This document shows, piece by piece, positions 30,060 through 38,591 of a stretch of 64,000 nt of DNA (positions are counted from its first letter, which is position 1; every line of letters starts with the position of its first letter). The translations under genes were made by a program, and so were the position numbers. A model generated the notes under the pieces. It did not search any database and had not been told where the DNA came from. It saw only the letters and a program-made list of their open reading frames with translations. Origin of the DNA: a virus; the IMG/VR virus record IMGVR_UViG_3300042731_011014, positions 96,001 to 160,000 of that record; one strand, 5' to 3'.

Positions 30060-30823
30060 AAAAAAAAATCAGCACTAAGCACTTCCAATCTAACAGCAAA
30101 AGTATTACCGCATGAATTACATGTAACATCTATATCTGTTTCAATTCCACCCTCTTTTTTAATAAAAGAATTCCTTATTGCATTCCTATCTCTTAATGAT
30201 AGGTTCTTTAGGTCCTTTACATTTGGCGGGTGACCATCAATTTCAATAACACGAGTTAATAACTTCGTAGTCATTAGATCTTTACTTTGACGAAGCATTA
30301 TACCTGCTTTTTTCTGATCTTTTGCCTGCATAGCTTTCATTTTGACCATTTTCTTAGAGGCAGGAAGTTCTATTTCCCATATAAGCTTTTCTGGCTCTTC
30401 AGGGTATTTTACCTCAAGATCATCTATTTCAGATACATAATTTGATTCATATCCACAGTCATTATCCGTGCATTTTACTTTGAATTTATAGGTACTTCCA
30501 AGACTTACAATTCTTATTAACAAAATCCCGTAAATAAGATCGGTAATCTGCATATCCTGAATTGCTTTACCTATTTGCATGGGTTTATCAATAATAAAGC
30601 TATTCTCATTTGTATCGCTTAGATTGATGGTGCATTTTGAAAGAATCTGCATTACCTTGTCTTCTACAGCTAGTTTTCTATTGGCTAAGATATCTTCTTC
30701 ATTGCCCGATAACTCTCTTATTGCTATATGCTTCAATAATGTCGTTGTACCATCATGCTCCCATACGACGCCACCAGGAAGGTCGAATTCACCGGTAGTG
30801 CTTTTAGGATCTTCGTAACTCAT
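30044..30823 (-). CDS. Tail assembly chaperone
   Basis: 259 aa; IRELSGNEEDIL, CxxxxC and CxxC motifs, LKNLSLRDRNAIR; lies between the tube genes and the tape measure. Confidence 0.75.
   Translation of the reverse strand: MSYEDPKSTTGEFDLPGGVVWEHDGTTTLLKHIAIRELSGNEEDILANRKLAVEDKVMQILSKCTINLSDTNENSFIIDKPMQIGKAIQDMQITDLIYGILLIRIVSLGSTYKFKVKCTDNDCGYESNYVSEIDDLEVKYPEEPEKLIWEIELPASKKMVKMKAMQAKDQKKAGIMLRQSKDLMTTKLLTRVIEIDGHPPNVKDLKNLSLRDRNAIRNSFIKKEGGIETDIDVTCNSCGNTFAVRLEVLSADFFFPSET
30059..30068 (-). promoter_or_regulatory. Slippery sequence (T TTT TTT / T TTT TTC) for -1 ribosomal frameshifting
   Basis: GAT TTT TTT TTC CCG: nine consecutive T, a few codons before the chaperone stop. Confidence 0.75.
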
Positions 30824-30836
30824 GTTTTTTTCTCTC

Positions 30837-31070
30837 CTACCTATCTTCTGGGTTGACTACCAAAAACTTATCAATCAGATATCTGATTATATCGCTAACA
30901 GTTCTATCCTCACATTTTGCCAATTCTTTTAGTTCGGCGTATTTATTTGATTCTACCCATACATTTAGTCTTATATTTTTTTGCTTTATTGCATTATTTT
31001 TGTCCCATTCTCTGCCGCGTCCAATGTTTACGCCCAACTTTCTTTCTTTATTTGGTTTATCTGAACTCAC
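30837..31070 (-). CDS. Ribbon-helix-helix (CopG-like) DNA-binding protein
   Basis: IRLNVWVESNKYAELKELAKCEDRTVSDIIRYLIDKFL. Confidence 0.75.
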   Translation of the reverse strand: MSSDKPNKERKLGVNIGRGREWDKNNAIKQKNIRLNVWVESNKYAELKELAKCEDRTVSDIIRYLIDKFLVVNPEDR

Positions 31071-31151
31071 TTATTTAACCTTGTTTATACTTCTGTTAAT
31101 AGAAGTAAAATAAAGTCAATTGTCAACCCTAGTTAGAGTAAAAAAAACTAA

Positions 31152-31370
31152 TTATCGGCAACTACATTTTGCAAACAAATCACTTACTGTAGTAAAACCA
31201 ATCTTTTTCCGTTTTTTTCGCCTCTTTGATTTCTTAAAAATATTATGAATTTTTGGCGTTCTCATTGCCATAGGTCTTAAAATTGGGGAAATATTTGAGG
31301 TCACTAACTGCTCATTAAAGAGACTATTAGCATATCTTAGAAGATCATCAACATATAATCTGTCTAGCAT
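31152..31370 (-). CDS. Small basic hypothetical protein
   Basis: 72 aa with a KKSKRRKKRKK tract; starts 3 nt after the tube-2 stop. Confidence 0.45.
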   Translation of the reverse strand: MLDRLYVDDLLRYANSLFNEQLVTSNISPILRPMAMRTPKIHNIFKKSKRRKKRKKIGFTTVSDLFAKCSCR

Positions 31371-31373
31371 TTT

Positions 31374-32033
31374 CTATCCTGGAATTAGGTTTTCTGCAAA
31401 TGCTGCCAAGCTATATTCTTCAACTAACTCCGGTTCAAGATCTAACTCGGCTATAGACACCTCGCTGCTCCTGGCATCAAAATCTGACGCTGCTTTCCAT
31501 CTTGAGGGCAAACAGTTCCAAAGCATCCATGTTTTAGCAGGCATCCGCCAAATACCACCCATACCAGTAACTATTCCAGCTGATGCCCCCATTGATGCAG
31601 CAAGGCTTCCACCCGTCTCACCAGCCGCAGCCACCAATCCCGCACCAAATGCAGTAGTACTTGCAATAGCAGCTACACCAGAATCTTGGGCAAACTGTAT
31701 TAAAAGAAAATTCCGTCTAACTCTTGGGTTACCCATTTTGGGTGTTGGCCCCAAGATTCCACGAGAAAACCAGCGCCAAAAATCAGAATCATAAAAAGTC
31801 GAACCACGTGAAAGAGTAATCGCGGAAACAGTGGCTCCTTTGATAACTTTACGTTTAGCTATAAAGTTACCTTCAGGTATTTCTTCAATCTCTGCTGTAA
31901 TCTCTGGTGCCGTTGCTGATGAAAATCCAGCTTGAGGCATGAAAACCGGAACATGAGGCGGAATCAGCGGACATACATCAAGTAGATGAAATCTAAAAAC
32001 AGCTAATTCGTCTAATAACGTATGTCTCGCCAT
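31374..32033 (-). CDS. Second tail tube-like protein (gp19 family) with a Gly/Ala insertion
   Basis: AGFSSATAPEI...ITLSRG...DFWRW...WNCLPSRWKAASDFDARSSEVSIAELDL. Confidence 0.85.
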   Translation of the reverse strand: MARHTLLDELAVFRFHLLDVCPLIPPHVPVFMPQAGFSSATAPEITAEIEEIPEGNFIAKRKVIKGATVSAITLSRGSTFYDSDFWRWFSRGILGPTPKMGNPRVRRNFLLIQFAQDSGVAAIASTTAFGAGLVAAAGETGGSLAASMGASAGIVTGMGGIWRMPAKTWMLWNCLPSRWKAASDFDARSSEVSIAELDLEPELVEEYSLAAFAENLIPG

Positions 32034-32041
32034 TCAAAATA

Positions 32042-32398
32042 CTAACCTTTAGGATTGCTTAGCTTTTTTGACATTCTAGTTGCTTTACCTTTTCGAAAAG
32101 TTGCTAATTTTTTCTTATATGCCTTTCTCTCTTTTCGCTTTGTTGCTGCGCTCTTTTTACCAACTTCACACCCACCTTTATCTTTTTTCTTTCCAATTTT
32201 ACACCCACCTAAATTAACAGCTTCAACTAAATCACTAAGATCCTCAATAATATCCCCTAACATTTCACCAATATCTTCAATACTTAATTGATTTTCTTCA
32301 TCAAGATCCTCGTAATTTTCGTAATCCTCTTGTCCACTGTCATAATCTTCAGTGTAACCGGAAAGTCTCCTTAATTCTTCAAGCATACCTTTACTCAT
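32042..32398 (-). CDS. Acidic/basic bipartite protein, probable virion-internal
   Basis: N-terminal EELRRLSG, acidic middle, Lys-rich tail. Confidence 0.55.
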   Translation of the reverse strand: MSKGMLEELRRLSGYTEDYDSGQEDYENYEDLDEENQLSIEDIGEMLGDIIEDLSDLVEAVNLGGCKIGKKKDKGGCEVGKKSAATKRKERKAYKKKLATFRKGKATRMSKKLSNPKG

Positions 32399-32457
32399 TT
32401 TTTATCTCCTAAATGTACCTGTCCTGTGTTTTTACAGAAACAGAGATTAAATTGTTT

Positions 32458-32940
32458 TTAGCTAACCACCTCAAGCTCAAAATATTCCATTGATAAATCA
32501 AGCTCTTGGATGTTAATATCAGATGCCGTTGCATCCATATCGCCGGCAATTTTACATCTAATAGGCTGCGCCTCAAAGATGTTATACTTTTTTGCGATTG
32601 CAGTCCCATCGGGATCAATCGGTGTACCCGCATCACGGTGATAATGTCTAATTTCTATAGTTTGACGATACTGTTCGCCATTAATTGACATCATGACCCA
32701 GTCCCAAAAATTGGTATCTGCACGAGTTGTTCCTCTCGACAAAGTAATGTCAGAGAAGGTTGGATTGCCAGCATATTTTCGTGTATATGTCCAGAGTCCT
32801 TCCTTGTACTCGCCTTGTTCAATGGACACCTCAGGTGTAGTTACTGCTGAAAAACCAGCACCAACTTCAAGGTAGTTATCCTCAGTGACCACATGATATT
32901 TGGCTGATCCAAGAAAATCATCCGCTGTTGCTCTACCCAT
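32458..32940 (-). CDS. gp19: Tail tube protein (T4 gp19 / eCIS tube family)
   Basis: AGFSAVTTPEVSIEQGEYKEG...TFSDITLSRG...FWDW...DMDATASDINIQELDL. Confidence 0.92.
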   Translation of the reverse strand: MGRATADDFLGSAKYHVVTEDNYLEVGAGFSAVTTPEVSIEQGEYKEGLWTYTRKYAGNPTFSDITLSRGTTRADTNFWDWVMMSINGEQYRQTIEIRHYHRDAGTPIDPDGTAIAKKYNIFEAQPIRCKIAGDMDATASDINIQELDLSMEYFELEVVS

Positions 32941-32980
32941 AATAAATCCTCCAAATCGTAAGAGTTAAGCTCTTACTTCT

Positions 32981-33009
32981 AATATACAAGGGGTCAAAAT
33001 AGCAGTCAA
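32981..33009 (-). promoter_or_regulatory. Sigma70-type promoter of the tube gene
   Basis: TTGACT-17 nt-TATATT, followed by the hairpin GTAAGAG-CTTAA-CTCTTAC. Confidence 0.6.
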
Positions 33010-33033
33010 CTATGATAACCTCTCACGGGTCAC

Positions 33034-35553
33034 TTAGCCAGCAGAAGCAGTTTTTTGCTGAAATCTAATCCTAACAAACTCGCTTGGTTTCTCAGGTGCG
33101 ATGTAAACATCAATAACTATGAATCCAGCATCAATACTGCCTTGTGGATTATTGCTTGTGTCAACAATTACTGCAAACGCTTCCTCTGGTGAATTTCCGG
33201 CAAAATAACCATCGTTGTAAAGATTGTTTAGAAAACCAACAATCTGTGTTTTTATCCTTGCCCAGAGACCAGGACCATTATTTTCAAATACAATCCAATG
33301 GGTTGCATTGAATACAGATTTTTTGACAAAGATAAAAAGCCTTCTGGCCTGGATATATCTCCATTCACTGTCAAGTGACAATGTTCGAACACCCCAAACT
33401 GCCCGTCCGGTAAAACTTGAGTCCATAAACGGATTAATCCTGGTACTATAAAGAACGTCTCTTTCTCCTTTAGATAGAAGTCGTTCAATACCAATGCAAT
33501 AATTTAGCTTACCATCCTCAATACCACCTGGGGCCTTTCCTACGTTCCGATTTGAATCAGTTCGGGCATAAACACCAGCAACATGCCCAACAGGAGGCAA
33601 TAGCATTGGGCGACCCTCATTTAAGGGATCGGCGATCTGAAGATGCGGATAATACAGCGCACAGTAACTTGTGTTTTTATTTAGCGTTTGACGATTCCAT
33701 TTTGCTGCATCAGTTGGAGTATAGTTCATTGGAACCGCAGCAAGAACAAAACAATCATCCCTGTTCTCTGCGTAACCAATTTGATCATCTAGTGATGTTG
33801 GATCGCTACAAAAATCAGGAATAGAAATCTGCATAGGTTCCTCAATCTTATCAAAGGCATATATACCTTCAAGATCAGCTGCCAATGCAGGGGCAGTTAC
33901 ATCATTTCGAGTAATCGCCGCAGATCCATCAGCTCCACCGGAAAGTTCACAATAAGCTGTTCCAGTGGGTTCCAGAATATAAGTAACCTGAATATTGGTG
34001 TCTGCCGATGGCTCACTACCACCGTTAAAAATAACCGTACAGGCACCGGTCGTATAATTAACCACTGAGCCACTAGCTAGATTGGTACCAGAAATTACTC
34101 CGGTTCCATCACCCTGATCAGCGTCACCGCCCTCAGAAGCCCCGCCGTCAACATGAACAGTACAAGATCCGGGAAGAATTGACCATCCTGTTGGGACAAC
34201 AAGATCTGCCGTAAAAGTGTCAGCCGATCCGGTTCCGTAACCAATCGAATACAGTGACTTGCTAACTGGTTTCAAGGAAGGTGGTACGTCAGGGCCATCA
34301 GCGCCAACAGTTAGATCGACACGTGTCGAAAGAGCATTGATAACGTTTGGTGCGTACCTTGCGCTATCTACATCACTAAAACTTAGTTCGAGATATTGTT
34401 CCTCAATCTGATACACATCATCATCATCTTTTTCATACACATAATAATCGAATTTTGTATAGGCGCCGGTTACAGCACTTTTATAATCCTCATTGAGTCT
34501 AATTTCGCCTTTAACCCCATTTCCCCATGCACCTTTGGATATTGCATCAACATCCCAATATGCACCGGCTGCGACACCATTATAAGTGTGTGGGTAGCTT
34601 CCTTCGGCAAGACCTAGTAGTAAATTGGAGCAATCATTTTCACTTGGCGCACTAAACTCAACTTCTGATAATACTCCAGTTGTTGGGGACGTAAAAACCA
34701 GTCGGTTATCATCATCTTTTGCGACAATATCTTGCGTGTTTGAAGTATAAGTATGAGGATATGCACCTTCATCAAGACCAAGTAAAAGATTGGTGCAATC
34801 ATTTGCTGATGGTGCGGCAAACTCAATCTCTGTACCGGCCTTAAATAGTAACTTGGTGCCTTGAACAAAACACACCGTTGAACCAACGGCCGTGTTAATA
34901 TTGGCAGCAATTACAGTTAACGCATAAGATCCACCTACACCACTATCACCGGTAACATCAATATCCGCAGCTCCACCGTCATCAATATCTAAATTGATAT
35001 TAAAGTGTGTACCATCTAATGTGAGAATAGGATCAGTAATCGCTGCACCAAGAAATCGTGCTTTTTGCCAATCGTTATTAATATTGGTCACAATTGCAGA
35101 TAATGCATAAGATCCACCAACACCTTCGTCATTAGTAACATCAATCTCTTTTGCTTCGCCACCATCAATTGCAACATTGATATTATAATGTGTACCATCT
35201 AACGCCGTCGCTGGATCAGGTAAAACTCTCCCGGTTGACTCAGCCGCTGATGCAGACGAATTATGAGCACATGCAGCCGCGGCCGCATCACTCGGAGTTA
35301 CCCTAACCATATAAAGACGCTGGCCTCCATTTGCAAAAAAAGCTGTTACAGCAAAAGAAATATATGATTTTTTCCAATGTTCTCCAAAAGTTCGGAAATA
35401 CTGTTCCAAACTTGTTATTAATGTAGCTTCATGCTCGGGACCGCGAGGCGTAAACCCCATGGTCGCCATTGTTGAAGTCGAAACAGCAGCAATGGCCCCA
35501 GCACCGGCTTTCCTCTCTTCGATATAAATTCCGGGACTTAGATAACTGGGCAT
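33034..35553 (-). CDS. gp18: Contractile tail sheath protein
   Basis: Start reassigned to MPSYLSPGIYIEE (GGAGG SD); LYYPHL, PPVGHVAGVYARTD, AVWGVRTL, WRYIQARRLF, APEKPSEF. Confidence 0.95.
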   Translation of the reverse strand: MPSYLSPGIYIEERKAGAGAIAAVSTSTMATMGFTPRGPEHEATLITSLEQYFRTFGEHWKKSYISFAVTAFFANGGQRLYMVRVTPSDAAAAACAHNSSASAAESTGRVLPDPATALDGTHYNINVAIDGGEAKEIDVTNDEGVGGSYALSAIVTNINNDWQKARFLGAAITDPILTLDGTHFNINLDIDDGGAADIDVTGDSGVGGSYALTVIAANINTAVGSTVCFVQGTKLLFKAGTEIEFAAPSANDCTNLLLGLDEGAYPHTYTSNTQDIVAKDDDNRLVFTSPTTGVLSEVEFSAPSENDCSNLLLGLAEGSYPHTYNGVAAGAYWDVDAISKGAWGNGVKGEIRLNEDYKSAVTGAYTKFDYYVYEKDDDDVYQIEEQYLELSFSDVDSARYAPNVINALSTRVDLTVGADGPDVPPSLKPVSKSLYSIGYGTGSADTFTADLVVPTGWSILPGSCTVHVDGGASEGGDADQGDGTGVISGTNLASGSVVNYTTGACTVIFNGGSEPSADTNIQVTYILEPTGTAYCELSGGADGSAAITRNDVTAPALAADLEGIYAFDKIEEPMQISIPDFCSDPTSLDDQIGYAENRDDCFVLAAVPMNYTPTDAAKWNRQTLNKNTSYCALYYPHLQIADPLNEGRPMLLPPVGHVAGVYARTDSNRNVGKAPGGIEDGKLNYCIGIERLLSKGERDVLYSTRINPFMDSSFTGRAVWGVRTLSLDSEWRYIQARRLFIFVKKSVFNATHWIVFENNGPGLWARIKTQIVGFLNNLYNDGYFAGNSPEEAFAVIVDTSNNPQGSIDAGFIVIDVYIAPEKPSEFVRIRFQQKTASAG

Positions 35554-35611
35554 TTTAACCTCCAAAAAAAACCTTACGGTATTTGTTCATTTTTAATGCT
35601 TATTAAGCTTT

Positions 35612-36142
35612 TTATATCTCTTCATCATTGTTACTAGTCCAATCAATTTCACCTTTGAAATATGAACTATGTTTATCCTCTTCAACTTCTTCATCTAAGT
35701 CCAATTCGTTTATTGTGCTCTCTTCTTTAATGGGTTCGCTTTTTTCTACATTATCCATTTTCTCTTCAATAATCTCTTGCTCATCTACTAAATCTTTTGT
35801 TTGCGTTTCTTTTTGTTTTTCTTCCTCTAGTTGATCGTCTTTGACTGTGATTTCCTCGACATTTTCATTAGTCTCGGGATCACTAACTTCCCTTATATTA
35901 TTAACCGGCTGAATGTTTTGTTCAACCTCTTTTTTCTTTTTATTTTCTATACTTACTTCTATCTGCTCTTCTAAATAGATTTCTTTTATCCATTTACTTC
36001 TAAGATACCTGCTAATATCAGGAGAATTAACATTAATACCCTCAACCATAAAAGTAGAAAATCTCGGTACTAATATTGAAGGACCCTCAATAAGATTAAT
36101 CGGTAATGGCCCACTGAAAATGTTTCTGTATGCTTTTTTCAT
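35612..36142 (-). CDS. Acidic hypothetical protein upstream of the sheath
   Basis: 176 aa, Glu-rich C-terminal half. Confidence 0.6.
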   Translation of the reverse strand: MKKAYRNIFSGPLPINLIEGPSILVPRFSTFMVEGINVNSPDISRYLRSKWIKEIYLEEQIEVSIENKKKKEVEQNIQPVNNIREVSDPETNENVEEITVKDDQLEEEKQKETQTKDLVDEQEIIEEKMDNVEKSEPIKEESTINELDLDEEVEEDKHSSYFKGEIDWTSNNDEEI

Positions 36143-36220
36143 AAAAAAACCCCTTTACTTTGTCCACGCGGCGGAAACCCCTGATTTCAATCAGGAGAGG
36201 AGCCACCTAACGATTGAACA

Positions 36221-36354
36221 CTATGCATACGAATAACCGTCTATCCGTTGCAATATTTAAAAGCGATACCTTTCTTTAGCAATTCCCTTACACGTGCCGG
36301 ATGGCAGGGCATTAACGGCATTTTGTTTTTGTCTAAAACAAGAGCTTTTAACAT
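36221..36354 (-). pseudogene. iscB: iscB remnant: PLMP N-terminus joined to the C-terminal tail
   Basis: MLKALVLDKNKMPLMPCHPARVRELLKKG-IAFKYCNG* (36354..36241) and, in another frame, ILQRIDGYSYA* (36256..36221). Confidence 0.88.
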
Positions 36355-36591
36355 TGGGAGTTACCTCCCAATTCTCTGCTTTCGCAGGTAAAGGTCACCT
36401 CGGCAAAGTTAATGCACGGTTTTATATGCAAACAGCACTGGCTTAACCCCTTAGACCTGGTGAAGCATTCCAAAGTGCCTATATATTTGCGCTTAACGTA
36501 GCTCAAGAAGTATTGCTCCTTTGCTTAGCCTGGTCAACATAAGGCCTGTTATTTTTCACAAACCTCCGACTTAAAGTCGAGGGCAGTTGAC
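36355..36591 (-). ncRNA. omega RNA / HEARO-like scaffold
   Basis: GTCAAC (36591-36586) can pair with GTTGAC (36538-36533); blocks GTTGACCAGGCTAAG, GAGCTACGTT, ATAGGCACTTTGGAATGC and GCCGAGG; final hairpin ATTGGGAG-GTAA-CTCCCAAT next to the iscB ATG. Confidence 0.8.
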
Positions 36592-36593
36592 AT

Positions 36594-37331
36594 CTATTCC
36601 TTTTGGTGCATATTGTGTTTACCTTCTTTAACTGCCTTATAGACAACCGGATCATTCAAATCTATTTGCCCCTCAACTCTAATAGTTACCGACCATACAG
36701 CTAATCGATTACCTATTTCAGCAAATTCGCTAATATCTGAAAATCCTTCAAGATAAACATCGTATGTTCTGTCCTCATCAAGGCTATCTTTCACGTTAAC
36801 CAACGAATATGGCTGATAAGTTCTTAGGACCTTCTTTAAAATAGCCTGCGTAACTCTCCTGTATTTGGATCGAATAATTATGGTGTAGTTAATATCATAG
36901 GGCCATGCCATAACTTTAGTTTCGTAAGAATCATATCCATTAAGGGTTGTCCCGTCAGGCTTTGTAATCACAACCGGATTTGCACCATCAGCAGGTCTTT
37001 TATACTGCAAACCAAGGGAAGGCCATCTTCCAAGTGCCAAAACCGGCTCACCATTTCTTTGGACCTCAATTGAAGGTAAAACGTGATTTTCAACTGTCGC
37101 CTTCGGATTGGTAAAAGTTATCGGGATACCTGGAGCAGTAGTGCCTGTACTATCAACAGGTAAATCTGATGAACCTAGCCCGGCTATATCGCCTAATGGA
37201 ATTATGTAATTTTGCTGATTATTACCGTCCTGGGACCATCCAAGCAACTGTCCTCCCATAGTAGTAATTACACCCGTATCAAAATCCCTAACCCAAACAT
37301 CACCAGTTTTTTGATCACCAACTAATGGCAT
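36594..37331 (-). CDS. Tail terminator / completion protein (gp15-like)
   Basis: LPSIEVQR...WPYDINYTIIIRSKYRRVTQAILKKVL; upstream of the sheath. Confidence 0.6.
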   Translation of the reverse strand: MPLVGDQKTGDVWVRDFDTGVITTMGGQLLGWSQDGNNQQNYIIPLGDIAGLGSSDLPVDSTGTTAPGIPITFTNPKATVENHVLPSIEVQRNGEPVLALGRWPSLGLQYKRPADGANPVVITKPDGTTLNGYDSYETKVMAWPYDINYTIIIRSKYRRVTQAILKKVLRTYQPYSLVNVKDSLDEDRTYDVYLEGFSDISEFAEIGNRLAVWSVTIRVEGQIDLNDPVVYKAVKEGKHNMHQKE

Positions 37332-37341
37332 AATTCACCTG

Positions 37342-37770
37342 CTAACTTGTCTTATGACTGGCGCCAAGTAGACTTGCATAATCGACAACGGATTTAATTA
37401 ATACATTGTAGTCATTTTTATCACGCTGACCTGAAAAATTTTGTCTCAGTTTTCCATTTATATCCCTGACGCTAACATTAATCGTCTCCTCATCCACCTT
37501 AACATTGATTTTAAATCCGGTTTTTCTAACCTCCCCATCATGACCAAGTTCTTTTGCTCCAAAATGACCGGTTGCCTTGGCAGTTTCCTTGGTTACAGAG
37601 CTAGATCCCTCCATGTCATGAATAGGAATTGCCATCATATCGGAAATATCAGTCAAGGTAATTTTGGCAACGTCCTCAGGATGGCCATACCCCTCAGAAA
37701 GGTAAACCTCTCGTTTAAGACCATTTAATTTTTTGTTACATTCTTTAATACTCATTTTTTTTACCCTCAT
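37342..37770 (-). CDS. Hypothetical protein, possible internal head protein
   Basis: 142 aa; N-terminal YLSE could be a protease site. Confidence 0.5.
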   Translation of the reverse strand: MRVKKMSIKECNKKLNGLKREVYLSEGYGHPEDVAKITLTDISDMMAIPIHDMEGSSSVTKETAKATGHFGAKELGHDGEVRKTGFKINVKVDEETINVSVRDINGKLRQNFSGQRDKNDYNVLIKSVVDYASLLGASHKTS

Positions 37771-38591
37771 GTAACTTTACTTTGAAATTTCAAAAACTTA
37801 ATTGCATCACTTTCAGATATTGATTGTTTATCGCTTGGCTTTTTCCACTCCCTATTAAACGGGTTTGTAAGAACATCTGTGATGTCCTTATTTTTTGCTA
37901 TTTCACGAGGAAGTGCTCTTTTTACTTTTTGGATCATAGGCCTCCAATGCGGGGTGATTCTTGTACCACCTAGACCAAATTCCATTCTGATTGCATTAAA
38001 AACAACATCAGGGATAGTTTTTGATTCCTGTGGAGGTTGTTCCATCTCAGATCCGGGAATTGTGTCCCTTTTACTTATTCCAGCCTTGCGTAAAACTTCA
38101 TCTATTGTTTTATTTTGAGATTTCCTTCGTTTTCTAACCTGTACTACTTCGTCCTTGCTCACTTTTCTATAGATAACATCAGCCTGGTCACCGGATGGAA
38201 CAACAGGAATAGTATCTATAGTCCACGGGCTTAGGTCTTCAATCATTTGAAGCCATTCGTCAATGCTCTCATTTGCAGTGCGCTTAACTCTTACATAAAC
38301 AATATCATGCTGGGGCTCAAGTTCTCTTAAATGCCTCTTACTCATAGTCTCAACAGATGAAATTATCGCAGCTCCAGTCGATCCATCCGATAACTCCACC
38401 TGTTTAATAACTAAACTATCCCCATATTCGTTATCATCCTCGCTATCAGGTATCCTATCTTTAAGTAATTCGAGGCCTTTTTCGGCTGCTGTTTCAACAC
38501 AGATCTGCATTGCGCGTTTAACCCTTTTGTCAAACTCACCTAAAAGCTTCCTATATCTTTGCCAGTTATCCGGCGGCGAAACCTTTAACAT
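37767..38591 (-). CDS. HK97 gp10-like tail completion protein
   Basis: N-terminal helix ...AAEKGLELLKDRIP and C-terminal MEFGLGGTRITPHWRP resemble the gp10 EFGT...PFxRP pattern. Confidence 0.5.
   Translation of the reverse strand: MLKVSPPDNWQRYRKLLGEFDKRVKRAMQICVETAAEKGLELLKDRIPDSEDDNEYGDSLVIKQVELSDGSTGAAIISSVETMSKRHLRELEPQHDIVYVRVKRTANESIDEWLQMIEDLSPWTIDTIPVVPSGDQADVIYRKVSKDEVVQVRKRRKSQNKTIDEVLRKAGISKRDTIPGSEMEQPPQESKTIPDVVFNAIRMEFGLGGTRITPHWRPMIQKVKRALPREIAKNKDITDVLTNPFNREWKKPSDKQSISESDAIKFLKFQSKVT

Larger units (their letters stand above)
36143..36591 (-). mobile_element. Non-autonomous IS200/IS605-superfamily IscB (OMEGA) element with internal deletion
   Basis: Starts GTCAAC plus hairpin, then an omega-RNA-like region, iscB N- and C-terminal remnants, and the right-end hairpin CCTGAT-TGAA-ATCAGG followed by GGTTTCCGCC. 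Confidence 0.85.

Noticed and set aside
31090-31130. Candidate promoter TTGACA/TTGACT upstream of the RHH gene
   Set aside because: No -10 hexamer at 16-18 nt spacing
36143-36591. Possible group I intron / IStron
   Set aside because: The insertion is intergenic and I see no P7 core or terminal G; omega-RNA features explain the sequence
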